From Myxococcota bacterium (GTDB lineage: Bacteria; Myxococcota_A; UBA9160; UBA4427), in NCBI GenBank assembly GCA_046583195.1, contig JAYGCV010000010.1:11068-75067 (forward strand): a stretch of 64,000 bases of DNA, given 5' to 3'. Each line of letters starts with the position of its first letter. The stretch's first letter is position 1. The notes beneath the pieces are model-generated. The model saw nothing but the letters and a program-made list of their open reading frames with translations, was not told where the DNA came from and ran no database searches. Made by a program: the position numbers and the translations under genes. Positions 31,263 to 41,668 of this stretch are shown piece by piece.

Positions 31263-32603
31263 ATGTCGAATCGAGATCGAGAAGTGGGTGTCGGCCTGAT
31301 CGGCTTTGGCACCATCGGGCGCGGCGTGGTGCGCGTGCTGGGGCAGAATGCTGCGGTGATCAGCGAGCGCCTCGGGGCGCGGCTGCGCCTGGTGCGGATC
31401 GCCGATCTCGACACCGAAACCGATCGCGGGGTCGATCTCGAGGGGATCCACTTCGACTCGGACGCAAAGGCATTGATCGCGGACCCGGCGGTCGACATCG
31501 TGGTCGAATTGATTGGCGGGACCGGCGCCGCGCGTGCGCTCGTCGCAGACGCGATCGCTGCCGGGAAGCACGTGGTCACCGCGAACAAGGCGCTTCTCGC
31601 TCACCACGGCTCGGAGATCTTCGCGCAGGCCGCGGCCGCCGGCGTCGACGTGGCTTTCGAGGCGAGCGTTGGCGGCGGGATCCCGGTGCTGCGGGCGCTC
31701 CGGGAAGGGCTCGCCGCGGATCGGGTGCTGTCGATCGAAGGCATCCTGAATGGGACCACCAACTACATCCTCTCGGAGATGGAGGCGACCGGCGAAGCCT
31801 TCGAAGTGGTTTTGAAGCGCGCCCAGGATCTTGGCTATGCCGAGGCCGACCCGACCTTCGATATCGACGGGATCGATACGGCACAGAAGCTCGGGATCCT
31901 GGTGGCGATGGCCTTCGGAGCGGAGCTCGATGTCGATTCGATTCCCAGGCAGGGGCTCCGAGACCTCGCACCGATCGACTTCGAGGTGGCCCGGGAATTG
32001 GGCTTTCGGGTGAAGATGCTCGGGATCGCCCGCGAAGCAGCGGGGGAGGGCGACGAACGGATCGAAGCCCGGGTACACCCCGCGCTGATTTCGCTCGGCA
32101 GCCAGTTGGCCTCTGTCGACGGCGCGATGAATGCCGTCTTGATCGTCGGCGACGCCGTGGGTCCCACGCTCTATTACGGAGCCGGGGCGGGGGAGATGCC
32201 CACCGCCAGCGCGGTGGTCGCGGACGCGATCGAGATCGGGCGAGAAATCCTTCGTGGAGCGGGTGCCGGACGCGTGCCGCCGCTTTCGCGTCCCCTCGAG
32301 GCGCTGCATTCGCGCGAGCTGGTCCCCACCGACGAACTGCACGGCCGGGCCTATCTCCGGTTCGAGGTAACCGACGAGCCCGGGGTCTTGTCGAAGGTGA
32401 CGGGCGCCCTCGGTGCCAACGACATCGGGATCGAATCCGTCCTGCAGCGTGGCCCCGCCAGTGCGGGCGGTTCGATTTCGGTGGTGGTGCTGACCCATGC
32501 CGCTCCTGAAGCGGCGCTGCGAAAGGCCGTCGCGGAGATCGACGAATGGCCGGAGGTCAGGGCGCGGACCCTCTTCGTTCGCATCCAGGAGAATCGCGAA
32601 TGA
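31263..32603 (+). CDS. hom: Homoserine dehydrogenase
   Basis: ATG 31263. Motifs: Rossmann [43 protein letters not shown], and a C-terminal ACT domain. The first 155 aa of the track ORF are read-through over the aminotransferase. Confidence 0.93.
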   Translation: MSNRDREVGVGLIGFGTIGRGVVRVLGQNAAVISERLGARLRLVRIADLDTETDRGVDLEGIHFDSDAKALIADPAVDIVVELIGGTGAARALVADAIAAGKHVVTANKALLAHHGSEIFAQAAAAGVDVAFEASVGGGIPVLRALREGLAADRVLSIEGILNGTTNYILSEMEATGEAFEVVLKRAQDLGYAEADPTFDIDGIDTAQKLGILVAMAFGAELDVDSIPRQGLRDLAPIDFEVARELGFRVKMLGIAREAAGEGDERIEARVHPALISLGSQLASVDGAMNAVLIVGDAVGPTLYYGAGAGEMPTASAVVADAIEIGREILRGAGAGRVPPLSRPLEALHSRELVPTDELHGRAYLRFEVTDEPGVLSKVTGALGANDIGIESVLQRGPASAGGSISVVVLTHAAPEAALRKAVAEIDEWPEVRARTLFVRIQENRE

Positions 32604-33952
32604 GCCCTTCTGAAAAACCGAGTTACCGCGCGTGGTTCCAGAGCTTCGCTCACCCGGAAGAGCGCTACCGCCTCGACGAGATCGTGTACACCGACCGCGA
32701 GGGGGGCCTGCTCGAGGTGGTCCACGATCTCGACGAACTTCGGAAGACCTCCGCCGAAGGCTGGAAGAAACTGTTCGACGGGCGCCGCCATCACAACGAA
32801 TGGCCCTATGGCTCGGGGGTTTGGGGCCTAAAGGAGTGGGTGCTCCCAGAAATTGCCAACAGCAACGTGGTGTCGATGTACGAGGGACACTCGAACCTCT
32901 TCTGGGCCGAGCGCTACGGACGGCAGGTGGGCGTGGAGGATCTCTGGATCAAGCTCTGCGGCAATTCTCACACGGGGTCGTTCAAGGACCTCGGCATGAC
33001 CGCCCTGATCTCGATGGTGAGCGAAATGCGCGCCCGGGGTGTCGACGTCCCCGCGGTGGCCTGTGCCTCGACCGGGGACACTTCGGCGGCTCTTGCGGCC
33101 TACGCGGCGGCGGCGGGAATCCCTTCGATCGTCTTCCTGCCGCGTGGAAAGATTTCACTGGCGCAGTTGATCCAGCCGGTGGCAAACGGGTCGATCGTTT
33201 TCGCCCTCGACACCGATTTCGATGGCTGCATGGAGATCGTGAAGCAGGTCGCCGAGAACGATGGCATCTACCTCGCGAATTCGATGAACAGCCTGCGGAT
33301 CGAGGGGCAGAAGACCGTCGGCATCGAGATTGCGCAGCAGTTCGACTGGGAGGTCCCCGACTGGCTGATCATCCCGGGCGGCAATCTCGGCAACGTCTCG
33401 GCCCTGGCCAAGGGGCTCGACCTGCTCTTTGACCTCGGCCTGATCCAGCGGCGGCCGCGGCTCTGCGTCGCCCAGGCCGAGGCCGCAAACCCGCTCTATC
33501 TCTCGTATCAGCGGGATTTCCGGGTGATGGAACCGATCGCTGCCCGGCCGACTTTCGCCTCGGCGATCCAGATCGGAAACCCGGTGTCCGCGGCGAAGGC
33601 GATCGACGCGCTCAAGCGTTATGACGGCGTGGTCGAACAGGCGAGCGAAGTCGAAATCGTGGAGGCCTGTGCAGCGGCGGACCGAACCGGGCTCTTCAAT
33701 TGCCCGCATACGGGCGTCGCGCTCGTCGCCCTCGACAAGTTGGTGGCGAACGGGACGATTCGAAAAAGCGACCGCGTCGTGGTGATCTCGACGGCGCACG
33801 GTCTCAAGTTCACCGACTTCAAGATCCGCTACCACGAGGGGAAACTTCCCGACGTGCCGGCGACCCGGGCGAATCCGCCGATCGAACTCGGGGCGAAATA
33901 CGACCTGGTACGCGATCGGATGCTGCGCGAGATCGAGTCGCGGAGCCGCTGA
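32600..33952 (+). CDS. thrC: Threonine synthase
   Basis: ATG 32600 (ATGA overlap with the hom stop). Motifs: PLP-lysine box [36 protein letters not shown]. Confidence 0.93.
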   Translation: MSPSEKPSYRAWFQSFAHPEERYRLDEIVYTDREGGLLEVVHDLDELRKTSAEGWKKLFDGRRHHNEWPYGSGVWGLKEWVLPEIANSNVVSMYEGHSNLFWAERYGRQVGVEDLWIKLCGNSHTGSFKDLGMTALISMVSEMRARGVDVPAVACASTGDTSAALAAYAAAAGIPSIVFLPRGKISLAQLIQPVANGSIVFALDTDFDGCMEIVKQVAENDGIYLANSMNSLRIEGQKTVGIEIAQQFDWEVPDWLIIPGGNLGNVSALAKGLDLLFDLGLIQRRPRLCVAQAEAANPLYLSYQRDFRVMEPIAARPTFASAIQIGNPVSAAKAIDALKRYDGVVEQASEVEIVEACAAADRTGLFNCPHTGVALVALDKLVANGTIRKSDRVVVISTAHGLKFTDFKIRYHEGKLPDVPATRANPPIELGAKYDLVRDRMLREIESRSR

Positions 33953-34566
33953 TGTTCACCGGAATCGTGGAGGAGATCGGTCGTATCGCGTCGGTTGTGC
34001 CGGGGGACGGCTCCGTGCGGCTGGAGGTCCTGGCGCCGAAAGTGGCCGCCGGGGTCAAGCTCGGCGACAGCATTGCGCTCAACGGGTGTTGCCTCACGGT
34101 CACCGCGATCGACGGCCCCCGGCTGTCCTTTGATGCCATCCCGGAGAGCCTGCTGCGGACGAACCTGGGAGAACTCGAAGCGGAAGGCGCCGTGAATCTC
34201 GAAGCGGCGCTGCGCGCTGACGCGCGTCTCGATGGCCACATCGTGCAGGGTCACGTGGATGCGACCGGTGTGGTGAAGCGGATTGAGCGCGCGGGAAACG
34301 ATGTGCGTTTCTCTGTCGCCTGCGACGCGGGGTTCGCCGACTTGCTGGTGGAAAAGGGTTCGGTTGCAGTCGACGGGGTGTCGCTCACCGTGGTCGAAGT
34401 GGCGGACGAGGGCTTTGACGTTGCACTGATTCCGCACACCCTCCTGGTGACGACCCTCGGGCAGCGCGGCCCGGGAAGCCGTGTGAACCTCGAGGCGGAC
34501 GTCCTCGGAAAATACGTGCTGCGCTACCTCGCGCGCCTCACTTCGATCGGGGAGAGCGATTCGTGA
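33952..34566 (+). CDS. ribE: Riboflavin synthase alpha chain
   Basis: Canonical N-terminus [10 protein letters not shown]. Duplicated lumazine-binding halves (GDSIALNGCCLTV / GSVAVDGVSLTV). TGATG junction with thrC. Confidence 0.93.
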   Translation: MFTGIVEEIGRIASVVPGDGSVRLEVLAPKVAAGVKLGDSIALNGCCLTVTAIDGPRLSFDAIPESLLRTNLGELEAEGAVNLEAALRADARLDGHIVQGHVDATGVVKRIERAGNDVRFSVACDAGFADLLVEKGSVAVDGVSLTVVEVADEGFDVALIPHTLLVTTLGQRGPGSRVNLEADVLGKYVLRYLARLTSIGESDS

Positions 34567-34576
34567 CGGGTGCTGG

Positions 34577-37447
34577 ATGCCGCCTGCGATCGGGGACTTC
34601 GGGTTGAGCCGGAGCCGCGGGTTCGCGCCGGGCCTGGTTGCTGCGCTCGTGCTTCTTGCCGGGGCGCTGCCGCGGGTGTCGATCGCGGACTGGGCCGAGA
34701 CCCTGGATCGCGTCGCGCCGGCGGTGGTGGAGCTGCGCATTCGCTCGCCACGCGCTTTCGAAGGCAACTCTGCCGGTGTCCAGAGTGCGACGGGTTTCGT
34801 CGTCGACGCGGAAATGGGTCTGATCCTGACCAATCGGCACGTGGTGACGGCCGGCCCGGTCGTCACCGAGGCGATCTTCCTCGACAACGAGGAAGTCGAA
34901 GTGCAGGCCCTCTACCGCGACCCGGTCCACGATTTCGGTTTCTACCGCTTCGACCCGGCGGACGTCCGCTTCATGCAGCTCGCCGAGCTCGAACTCGCGC
35001 CGGAGCGGGCGCGGGTGGGGACCGAGATCCGCGTGATCGGCAACGATGCCGGCGAAAAGCTCTCGATCCTGGCGGGGACCCTGGCGCGCCTCGATCGCAG
35101 CGCTCCGGTCTACGGGCGGAGCGGCTACAACGATTTCAACACCTTCTACTACCAGGCCGCCTCGGGGACCTCGGGAGGCTCTTCGGGATCGCCGGTAATC
35201 GACCGCGAGGGAGCGGTCGTCGCTTTGAATGCCGGCGGTCGTCGCATGGCGGCTTCGAGTTTCTACCTGCCCCTCGAGCGGGTGGTGCGGGCGCTCGCGA
35301 AGATCCGCGCGGGCGAGCCCGTCTCTCGCGGCACGTTGCAGGTCGTCTTTGCCCACCGTTCCTTCGACGAGATTCGCCGTCTCGGTCTGCGCTCCCTCTC
35401 CGAGGCCCGGGTTCGGGAGGCCTTCCCCGCCGCGAAGGGGATGATCGTGGTGGACGAGGTGGTGCCCGAGGGGCCCGCCGACGGCGTGCTCGAGCCCGGG
35501 GACGTGGTGATGGCCATCGACGGGCAGGCGGTGACCAGTTTCCTGCCGATCGAAGAGCAGCTCGACGCACGCGTCGGGGAAACGATCTCGCTGAGCGTGG
35601 AGCGCGGCGGGCAGCCCCTCGAGGTCGAGATGCGCGTGGCCGATCTCGCGGCGATATCGCCCTCGTCCTATCTCGAGATCGGAGGCGGGGTTCTCATGCC
35701 CCTCTCGTATCACGCCGCCCGAAATCACGCGATTCCGCAGCGCGGTGTAGCGGTCTCCGAACCCGGATACATGCTCTATCACGCCGGCGTGCCGCGCGGC
35801 GCGGTGATCACCCACGCCAACGGCGAGGCGGTTCCGGATCTCGAGGCCATCGAGGGGGTCCTCGCCCAAATCCCGGACGGCGAAAAGGTGACGTTTCGCT
35901 ACTTCCTGCCCTCGAAGCCGAACCTTCCGGTGGTGGCGGTGGTCGAGATCGATCGCCACTGGTTCGACATGCGCCGCTGTCAGCGGGACGATGCGACCGG
36001 TCGTTGGCCGTGTCGCGCGTCGCCGCCGCCCCCGGCGAAGCGGCCGCGCCAGCCGACGTCGACCGAACTCGCAGTCGACGGCGACTGGGCCCTCGAAGTC
36101 CTCGCGCCTTCGCTTGTGGTGGTCGAATTCAGGATTCCCTATCGGCTGGACGGTGTGCACTACGACCGCTTTGCGGGTTCCGGCCTGGTCGTCGATGCCG
36201 AGCGCGGTCTCGTGGTAGTGGATCGCGACACGGTTCCGGTGGCACTCGGTGACCTCACGCTGACCTTCGGTGGTTCCGTGGAGATCCCCGCCGAGGTCGC
36301 CTACCTCCACCCCGAGCACAACTTCGGCGTCGTGCGCTACGACCCCGCGCACCTCGGCGACACCGAAGTAGAATCGGCAACCCTGCGCAGCCGCGACCTG
36401 CAGCCAGGCGACCCCGTCTGGGTGGTGGGCGTGTCTCCCGTGAAGCGCTGGGTGTCGCGAAAGACCCGGGTCGACCGACGCGAGCCGTTGATTCTCCCGA
36501 TGACGAGGCCCCCGCGCTTTCGCGACCAGAACATCGACCTGATCGGCGTCGAGGACTCGCCTGCGACCATGGGGGGGGTCCTCGCCGATGGCTGGGGGCG
36601 GGTGGTCGCGCTCTGGGCCTCGTACACACCGAGCCTGGGGCAGGATAGCGAGCCCTTCCTGGCGGGGATCCCGATCGGTCACGTGATCCCCATCGTGGAC
36701 GCCCTGCGCCGTGACGAGCCGGTCAATTGGCGCTCGCTGGGGGCGGAGTTCCAGCCACTCTCGCTGGCCGAGGCGCGACACCGGGGCCTCGACGAAACGC
36801 TCGCAGCGGCCTTCGAGGCGAAGCCGCGGAACGAGCAGCGGGTGCTGTCGGTGGTGCGCATCGCCGCGGACAGTCCGGCGGTGGGGCGGCTGCGCGAAGG
36901 CGATCTTCTGCTGTCAGTAGACGGGCAGACCCTGACCCGTTTCGACGCGCTGGAGGCCGCCGCCCAGGCCGATCAACTCGAGGTCCGGGTGCTGAGGGAG
37001 GGTCGCGAAAAGATCGTCCAGCTGCCCACCGAGGCGCTTTCCGGCAGGGGGACCGAGCGGGCATTGCTTTTTGCCGGGGCACTTTTGCAGGAGCCCCACC
37101 GCGCTCTCTCGATGCAGTGGGGGCTGCCGAAGTCGGGGGTCTACGTCACGCGCTACTGGTTCGGCTCGCCCGCCGACCGCTATGGGCTGCGCGGGAACCT
37201 GCGGATTGAAGCCGTGGATGGCCAGCCGACGCCAGACCTCGACAGCTTTCTCGCGGTGATTCTGGGGATCGATGACCGCGGTGCGGTGCGGCTCCAGACG
37301 CGTGGCCTCGACGGCCGACGTGACGTCACGACGCTGAAGCTCGACCCCGAATACTGGCCGACCACGCGCCTTTCGCTCGGGCCAGCAGGGTGGGTCCGCG
37401 AGCGCCTCGAAAGCCGCGGGGCCCCGGGCGTCGACCCGACCCATTGA
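34577..37447 (+). CDS. Secreted Nma111-like trypsin-fold serine protease with PDZ domains (double protease/PDZ architecture)
   Basis: Signal peptide. N-terminal half carries the triad LTNRHVV (His), HDFGFYRF (Asp), GTSGGSSGSPVI (Ser), then PDZ-like segments. A second, degenerate protease-like half (GSGLVVDAERGLVVVDRDTV) is followed by more PDZ-like sequence. Total length 956 aa. Confidence 0.75.
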   Translation: MPPAIGDFGLSRSRGFAPGLVAALVLLAGALPRVSIADWAETLDRVAPAVVELRIRSPRAFEGNSAGVQSATGFVVDAEMGLILTNRHVVTAGPVVTEAIFLDNEEVEVQALYRDPVHDFGFYRFDPADVRFMQLAELELAPERARVGTEIRVIGNDAGEKLSILAGTLARLDRSAPVYGRSGYNDFNTFYYQAASGTSGGSSGSPVIDREGAVVALNAGGRRMAASSFYLPLERVVRALAKIRAGEPVSRGTLQVVFAHRSFDEIRRLGLRSLSEARVREAFPAAKGMIVVDEVVPEGPADGVLEPGDVVMAIDGQAVTSFLPIEEQLDARVGETISLSVERGGQPLEVEMRVADLAAISPSSYLEIGGGVLMPLSYHAARNHAIPQRGVAVSEPGYMLYHAGVPRGAVITHANGEAVPDLEAIEGVLAQIPDGEKVTFRYFLPSKPNLPVVAVVEIDRHWFDMRRCQRDDATGRWPCRASPPPPAKRPRQPTSTELAVDGDWALEVLAPSLVVVEFRIPYRLDGVHYDRFAGSGLVVDAERGLVVVDRDTVPVALGDLTLTFGGSVEIPAEVAYLHPEHNFGVVRYDPAHLGDTEVESATLRSRDLQPGDPVWVVGVSPVKRWVSRKTRVDRREPLILPMTRPPRFRDQNIDLIGVEDSPATMGGVLADGWGRVVALWASYTPSLGQDSEPFLAGIPIGHVIPIVDALRRDEPVNWRSLGAEFQPLSLAEARHRGLDETLAAAFEAKPRNEQRVLSVVRIAADSPAVGRLREGDLLLSVDGQTLTRFDALEAAAQADQLEVRVLREGREKIVQLPTEALSGRGTERALLFAGALLQEPHRALSMQWGLPKSGVYVTRYWFGSPADRYGLRGNLRIEAVDGQPTPDLDSFLAVILGIDDRGAVRLQTRGLDGRRDVTTLKLDPEYWPTTRLSLGPAGWVRERLESRGAPGVDPTH

Positions 37448-37474
37448 AGCGCCGTCCGCGGGGGCGGCAGTTCG

Positions 37475-38827
37475 TCAGTGGAGACGGTCCAGCAGCAGGG
37501 TGGCACTCCCGAGGAACGTGAGGAACCCGAAGGCGTCGGTGAAGGTCGTCACGATGACACCGGCACCGAGAGCCGGGTCCTGGCCGATGGCCTTGAGGGC
37601 CAGCGGTACCGCCGCGCCGAACAGCCCCGCGAAGGTGAGTGTGACGACCAGCGATAGGAAGAGGACGAAGCCGAGGTAGGGGTTTCCCGACCAGGCGAAT
37701 GCCAGCAGGGCGCAGATCAGTCCGGTGGCAGCCCCGAGGCTGAGCCCGACGATGGTCTCCTTGGTGACCGCGCGAATCCCCGTCGAGAATTCGATCTCGC
37801 CCAGGGCGATGCCGCGGGTGGTCACCGTCAGGGCCTGGATGCCTCCGTTGCCGGCCATGCCCCCGACCACCGGGAGGAACAGCGCGAGGGAGACCATCTG
37901 CTCCAGCGTGTGCTCGAAGAGCGCCACCACAGACGCCGCGAGGATCACCGTCGCGAGATTGAGCACCATCCACGGCAGGCGCTTGCGGATCGCCAACCGC
38001 GGCGGGGAGAAGACGCGATCCTCCTCGGAGAGGCCGGCCAGGTGGTACATGTCCTCGGTGGCTTCTTCGGTGATCACGTCGATCACGTCGTCGACCGTGA
38101 TGACCCCGAGCAGCGTGCCATCGGCATCGGTGACCGGGACTGCCAGCAGGTCGTAACGCGCCACGATTCGAGCCACCTCCTCCTGGTCGACCTCGGGGGT
38201 GACGCGAACGGGCTCGGGCAGCATCAACTCTCGGCAGGTGCGATCCGACGGAGACGCGACGAGCCGTCGAATCGGTACGACGCCCCGGAGGCAGTGGTTC
38301 TCGTCGACGACGTAGAGATAGAGGATCGAGTCGGCGAGATCGCCCGAGGCGCGAATCGATTCGACCGCCTCCGCGGAGGTCATCGTCTCATCGAGTGCAA
38401 CGTAGGACGTCGTCATTACGCGGCCGGCACTCGAGGCCGGGTAGAGTTCGAGTCTCTTGAGTTCGCGCTGACGCTGCTGTGGCAGGCGCTCGAGGATGGC
38501 CTCGCGTCGCGTTTCGGGCAGGGCGTCTACGAGTTCGGCCACATCGTCGACTTCGAGACGGCCCAGGACTTCCGCGAGGCGTGCGTCGCCCAGAGCCTCC
38601 ATGACGTCCCCAAGGAGTTCGAAGGGCAATTCGCGCAGCAGGTTCTCTGCACGCTGCTGGCGGAAGAGCAGTTCGACGACGGTGCGGATCTCATCGGGGC
38701 CGAGATCGCCGAGCAGCGGGCCGACGTCCGCCGGGTGGATGCGGCCCAGCAGGTTCGCCGCGCGACCATGGGCTCCGCTCGCCAGTAATCGACGGAGGAT
38801 GCGACTCGTCGGAATGGGCTGGGCCAC
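37475..38827 (-). CDS. mgtE: Magnesium transporter MgtE
   Basis: N-domain (LHPADVGPLLGDL), tandem CBS region, and a C-terminal 5-TM domain ending in the DAFGFLTFLG motif. GTG 38827 gives a ~450 aa protein typical of MgtE. The track ORF extends to a TTG at 38932. Confidence 0.9.
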   Translation of the reverse strand: MAQPIPTSRILRRLLASGAHGRAANLLGRIHPADVGPLLGDLGPDEIRTVVELLFRQQRAENLLRELPFELLGDVMEALGDARLAEVLGRLEVDDVAELVDALPETRREAILERLPQQRQRELKRLELYPASSAGRVMTTSYVALDETMTSAEAVESIRASGDLADSILYLYVVDENHCLRGVVPIRRLVASPSDRTCRELMLPEPVRVTPEVDQEEVARIVARYDLLAVPVTDADGTLLGVITVDDVIDVITEEATEDMYHLAGLSEEDRVFSPPRLAIRKRLPWMVLNLATVILAASVVALFEHTLEQMVSLALFLPVVGGMAGNGGIQALTVTTRGIALGEIEFSTGIRAVTKETIVGLSLGAATGLICALLAFAWSGNPYLGFVLFLSLVVTLTFAGLFGAAVPLALKAIGQDPALGAGVIVTTFTDAFGFLTFLGSATLLLDRLH

Positions 38828-39282
38828 GTGTCTGTCGTCCCGGTGCGGTGCCGGGAGAGCCCGGCTCAGGTGGTGTGGAGTGGATCCAGAAGAGGCGAAA
38901 CCGACGTGCTCGCTCGCGCGAGTGGTGCCCAATTCGCTGCGCTTTGCAGCGCAGGTTCCTCGTCGTCGCGGAGGGCAAACATCGCGGCGGCAATGCTACC
39001 GGAAGATCACAGCGCCTTTGCGAAGGGGAAGGGCTCTTTCGGGCCAAAGGCGGCACAGGTCCAGGGGCCTCGCCGGGGTCAATCGGCCACACTTTCCTCG
39101 GGCGTCGAGGCCGGGTCATCTCGGAAGGGCCCGGACGGTCCGCAGGATTCCGTGGCGGTGCACGGTTTTCGTGGACCATCCGTGGCGGGAGTGGCGTAGA
39201 ATCGCTGTCGATCCGGAAGGTAGGTTGCTGCAGAGGGATGCTGCGGGCCGCCATCGGGTCATCCTGCAGGGAAGGGGAATTC

Positions 39283-39516
39283 GTGAAGCAGTTGATTGAA
39301 GACATTGTGCGCGCGCTCGTCGATCTACCCGACGAGGTCCGGATCTCGGAGGTCATCGGGGAGCATGCCCATGTGCTCGAGCTAAAGGTCGCGAAAGAAG
39401 ATCTGGGCAAGGTGATCGGCAAGGGCGGGGCGCACGCCACGGCGATTCGAACGCTGATGGCAGCCGCCAGCGGCAAGGAGAAGAAGCGTTATATCCTCGA
39501 GATCATCGAGTACTAG
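39283..39516 (+). CDS. KH-domain RNA-binding protein (UPF0109/YlqC family)
   Basis: GTG 39283 is preceded by GAAGGGGA. VKQLIEDIVRALVDLPDEVRI...KEDLGKVIGKGGAHATAIRTLM contains the GxxG KH loop. The 77 aa size is typical of the family. Confidence 0.8.
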   Translation: MKQLIEDIVRALVDLPDEVRISEVIGEHAHVLELKVAKEDLGKVIGKGGAHATAIRTLMAAASGKEKKRYILEIIEY

Positions 39517-39695
39517 CGAAACGATCCGTCTCGAGTAGCGCCGGGCGCTAAACGGCGCCCGCAGTCTCCTCCTAAACGCGTCGTGAGTGCAAAGCGAGGC
39601 CGGCGTCAGCATCGGCGTCTCGCGCTTGCAATCGCTGGGGATTAATCGATCCTCGTGCCGCGGGTTCGACTGGATGGGTCCGTCGAGGGGGCAAC

Positions 39696-41525
39696 TTGCA
39701 GAACGGAACAGCCTTCGAGTTTGAAGCTCCCTTCGTGCTCGGTGCCCAGATCGAAGCCCGCGCCCGGCACCCGGAGGTGCGAGAGCGCGTCTTTCTGGTT
39801 CACGATGACCGCAGTTGGACCTATCGCCAGTACCGCGATGAGAGCGTCCGGTTCTCCCATTTCCTGAGGCAGCGTCTCGGTGCGCTGGATGATCGTCAGC
39901 CGGGACACGTGGCGATCCTGATGGAGAATCGCCTCGAACTGCTGGGGATCTACGGCGCCTGTGGTTTCGGCGGACTCACGCTATTCGGCATCAACACGGG
40001 ACTCCGGGGGGAGACGCTCGCCGGTGTCCTCAACCAGTCGCGCGCACGGGTGCTGATCTGCGATGCGGCCTTTGCCGAACGGGTCGAGGCAATCGGCGAC
40101 CGTCTCGAGTCGATTCCGGAGGAGAATCGACTGATCTACACGCCGCCGGGCCTTGAAGCGCCGATCGGCGACCGTGACTGGTCGAGCTGTGTTGCCGCGG
40201 AGGTCGGCCCGGAGGGGAAATCTCTCGAAGCGCCGGCGGTGGACGTGTCGCCCGACCAGAACCTGATGGTGATCTACACCTCGGGGACGACGGGGCTGCC
40301 AAAGGGCATCAACAACAACCACTTCAAGCTGCTGGCCATCGGGCGCGCGGTGTCCCAGCGCCTCGGACTCGGTTGCGAAGATCGCGGCTACGCCTGCATG
40401 CCACTGTTTCATTCCAACGCGCTCTTCCTGGGTCTCCAGCCCGCATTCGCGGTGGGGGCTTCGGTGGCGATCCGCGAGCGTTTCAGCGCCAGCCGTTTTC
40501 TGGATGACGTGCTCGAGCACGGCGTGACCTACTGGAATTATGTGGGCGAGCCGGTTCACTACATCCTCGGCGCCCTCGAGAAGGCCCACGGGCCGGAGCC
40601 CCAGCAGATTCGCAAATGCGTCGCGGGCGATGCGCGGAATCGGTTTCGCTACGCCATTGGCAACGGCGCATCGCCGCCGGATATCGACCGTTTCATCGAC
40701 TGGTGGGGTCTCGAAGACATGTTCGAGCTCTACGGCTCCACCGAGGCGGCGATCAGCACATTTCGCTGCAAGACCGATCCACGGGGCAGTGTCGGGCGAA
40801 TCGATGACGACGCCGTCCAGATCCTCGACCCGGACGGGAGACAGCGCGCACCGGCGATTCTTGGGCCCGACGGGAAACTCGAGAATTACGCCGAAGCCGT
40901 CGGCGAGATCTGTCGGGTCGCGCCGGACACTTCGCTCTTTCAGGGTTATTTCGACAACGACGCGGCGAATGACGCGAAGTTCCGCGAGGGCGTCTACTAC
41001 TCGGGCGACCTTGGGCACATCCGGGTAATCGATGGTGCCCGCTACCTGTACTTCGATGGCCGCACCGACGATTGGATCCGAAAGGATGGCGAGAACTTCT
41101 CCGCCGCCCAGGTGGCTCGTCTGGTGCAGGAGCATCCGGATGTCGTGCTCGCGGCAGCGTATGGCGTCCCCTGCGTGGTCTCGGATGAACTCGTGATGGT
41201 CGCCCTGAAGTTGCGCCCGGGGGGGATTTTCGACCCCCAGGCCTTCTTCGATTTCTGTCGCGAGGCGATCGCGGGTGGGGGAATGGACCCGAAATGGTTC
41301 CCCGATTTCGTACGCGTGGTGGATGAATTCGTCTACACGAAGACCCAGAAGATCCTGGTGCGAAACCTGAAGGCAGAGCATTTCGACCGCAGTCGGCTGG
41401 TAGCCGCCGATCTCTACTGGCGGCGGCGGGAGTCGACATGCTTCGAGATCTTCGAAACGGGGCACTACGAGCGGCTGCTGCGCGACTTCGAAGCCGCCGA
41501 GAGGGTGGGGTTGCTCGGCCTCTAG
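39696..41525 (+). CDS. AMP-dependent acyl-CoA synthetase/ligase (FadD-like)
   Basis: AMP-binding motif I MVIYTSGTTGLPKG; motif II YGSTEA; GDLG...DGRTDDWIRKDGENFS (motif III/hinge). The TTG 39696 start is uncertain. Confidence 0.85.
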   Translation: MQNGTAFEFEAPFVLGAQIEARARHPEVRERVFLVHDDRSWTYRQYRDESVRFSHFLRQRLGALDDRQPGHVAILMENRLELLGIYGACGFGGLTLFGINTGLRGETLAGVLNQSRARVLICDAAFAERVEAIGDRLESIPEENRLIYTPPGLEAPIGDRDWSSCVAAEVGPEGKSLEAPAVDVSPDQNLMVIYTSGTTGLPKGINNNHFKLLAIGRAVSQRLGLGCEDRGYACMPLFHSNALFLGLQPAFAVGASVAIRERFSASRFLDDVLEHGVTYWNYVGEPVHYILGALEKAHGPEPQQIRKCVAGDARNRFRYAIGNGASPPDIDRFIDWWGLEDMFELYGSTEAAISTFRCKTDPRGSVGRIDDDAVQILDPDGRQRAPAILGPDGKLENYAEAVGEICRVAPDTSLFQGYFDNDAANDAKFREGVYYSGDLGHIRVIDGARYLYFDGRTDDWIRKDGENFSAAQVARLVQEHPDVVLAAAYGVPCVVSDELVMVALKLRPGGIFDPQAFFDFCREAIAGGGMDPKWFPDFVRVVDEFVYTKTQKILVRNLKAEHFDRSRLVAADLYWRRRESTCFEIFETGHYERLLRDFEAAERVGLLGL

Positions 41526-41561
41526 GCGTCGCGAGTGGCCACCGGGTGGTGCCGGCTGGGC

Positions 41562-41587
41562 GGGGTCTCGATGCTGTGCGAGACCCC
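41562..41587 (+). terminator. Stem-loop after the acyl-CoA synthetase gene
   Basis: GGGGTCTCG (41562-41570) pairs with CGAGACCCC (41579-41587) around an 8-nt loop. There is no U-tract. Confidence 0.35.
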
Positions 41588-41592
41588 GGGGG

Positions 41593-41621
41593 TTGACTTC
41601 GCCCCCCAGAGCGACTAAATC
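41593..41621 (+). promoter_or_regulatory. Candidate sigma70-type promoter for the bS22-like micro-ORF
   Basis: TTGACT (41593-41598), a 17-nt spacer, then TAAATC (41616-41621). It lies ~48 nt upstream of ATG 41669. Confidence 0.4.
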
Positions 41622-41668
41622 TCGCCGCTCGCCGGAATTCGCTCTCAACGGGGATACGGGAATCGCTC

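Noticed and set aside
38933-39282. M-box (ykoK) Mg2+ riboswitch upstream of mgtE.
   Set aside because: Only one short block (GGCGAGGCCCCUGG against GGUGAGGCUCCUG) resembles the consensus. I could not find the other conserved blocks I remember (GACGCUAAUGGGUCAACAG, GCUAAAGCUCUACG). It is kept only as a low-interest note pending cmsearch.
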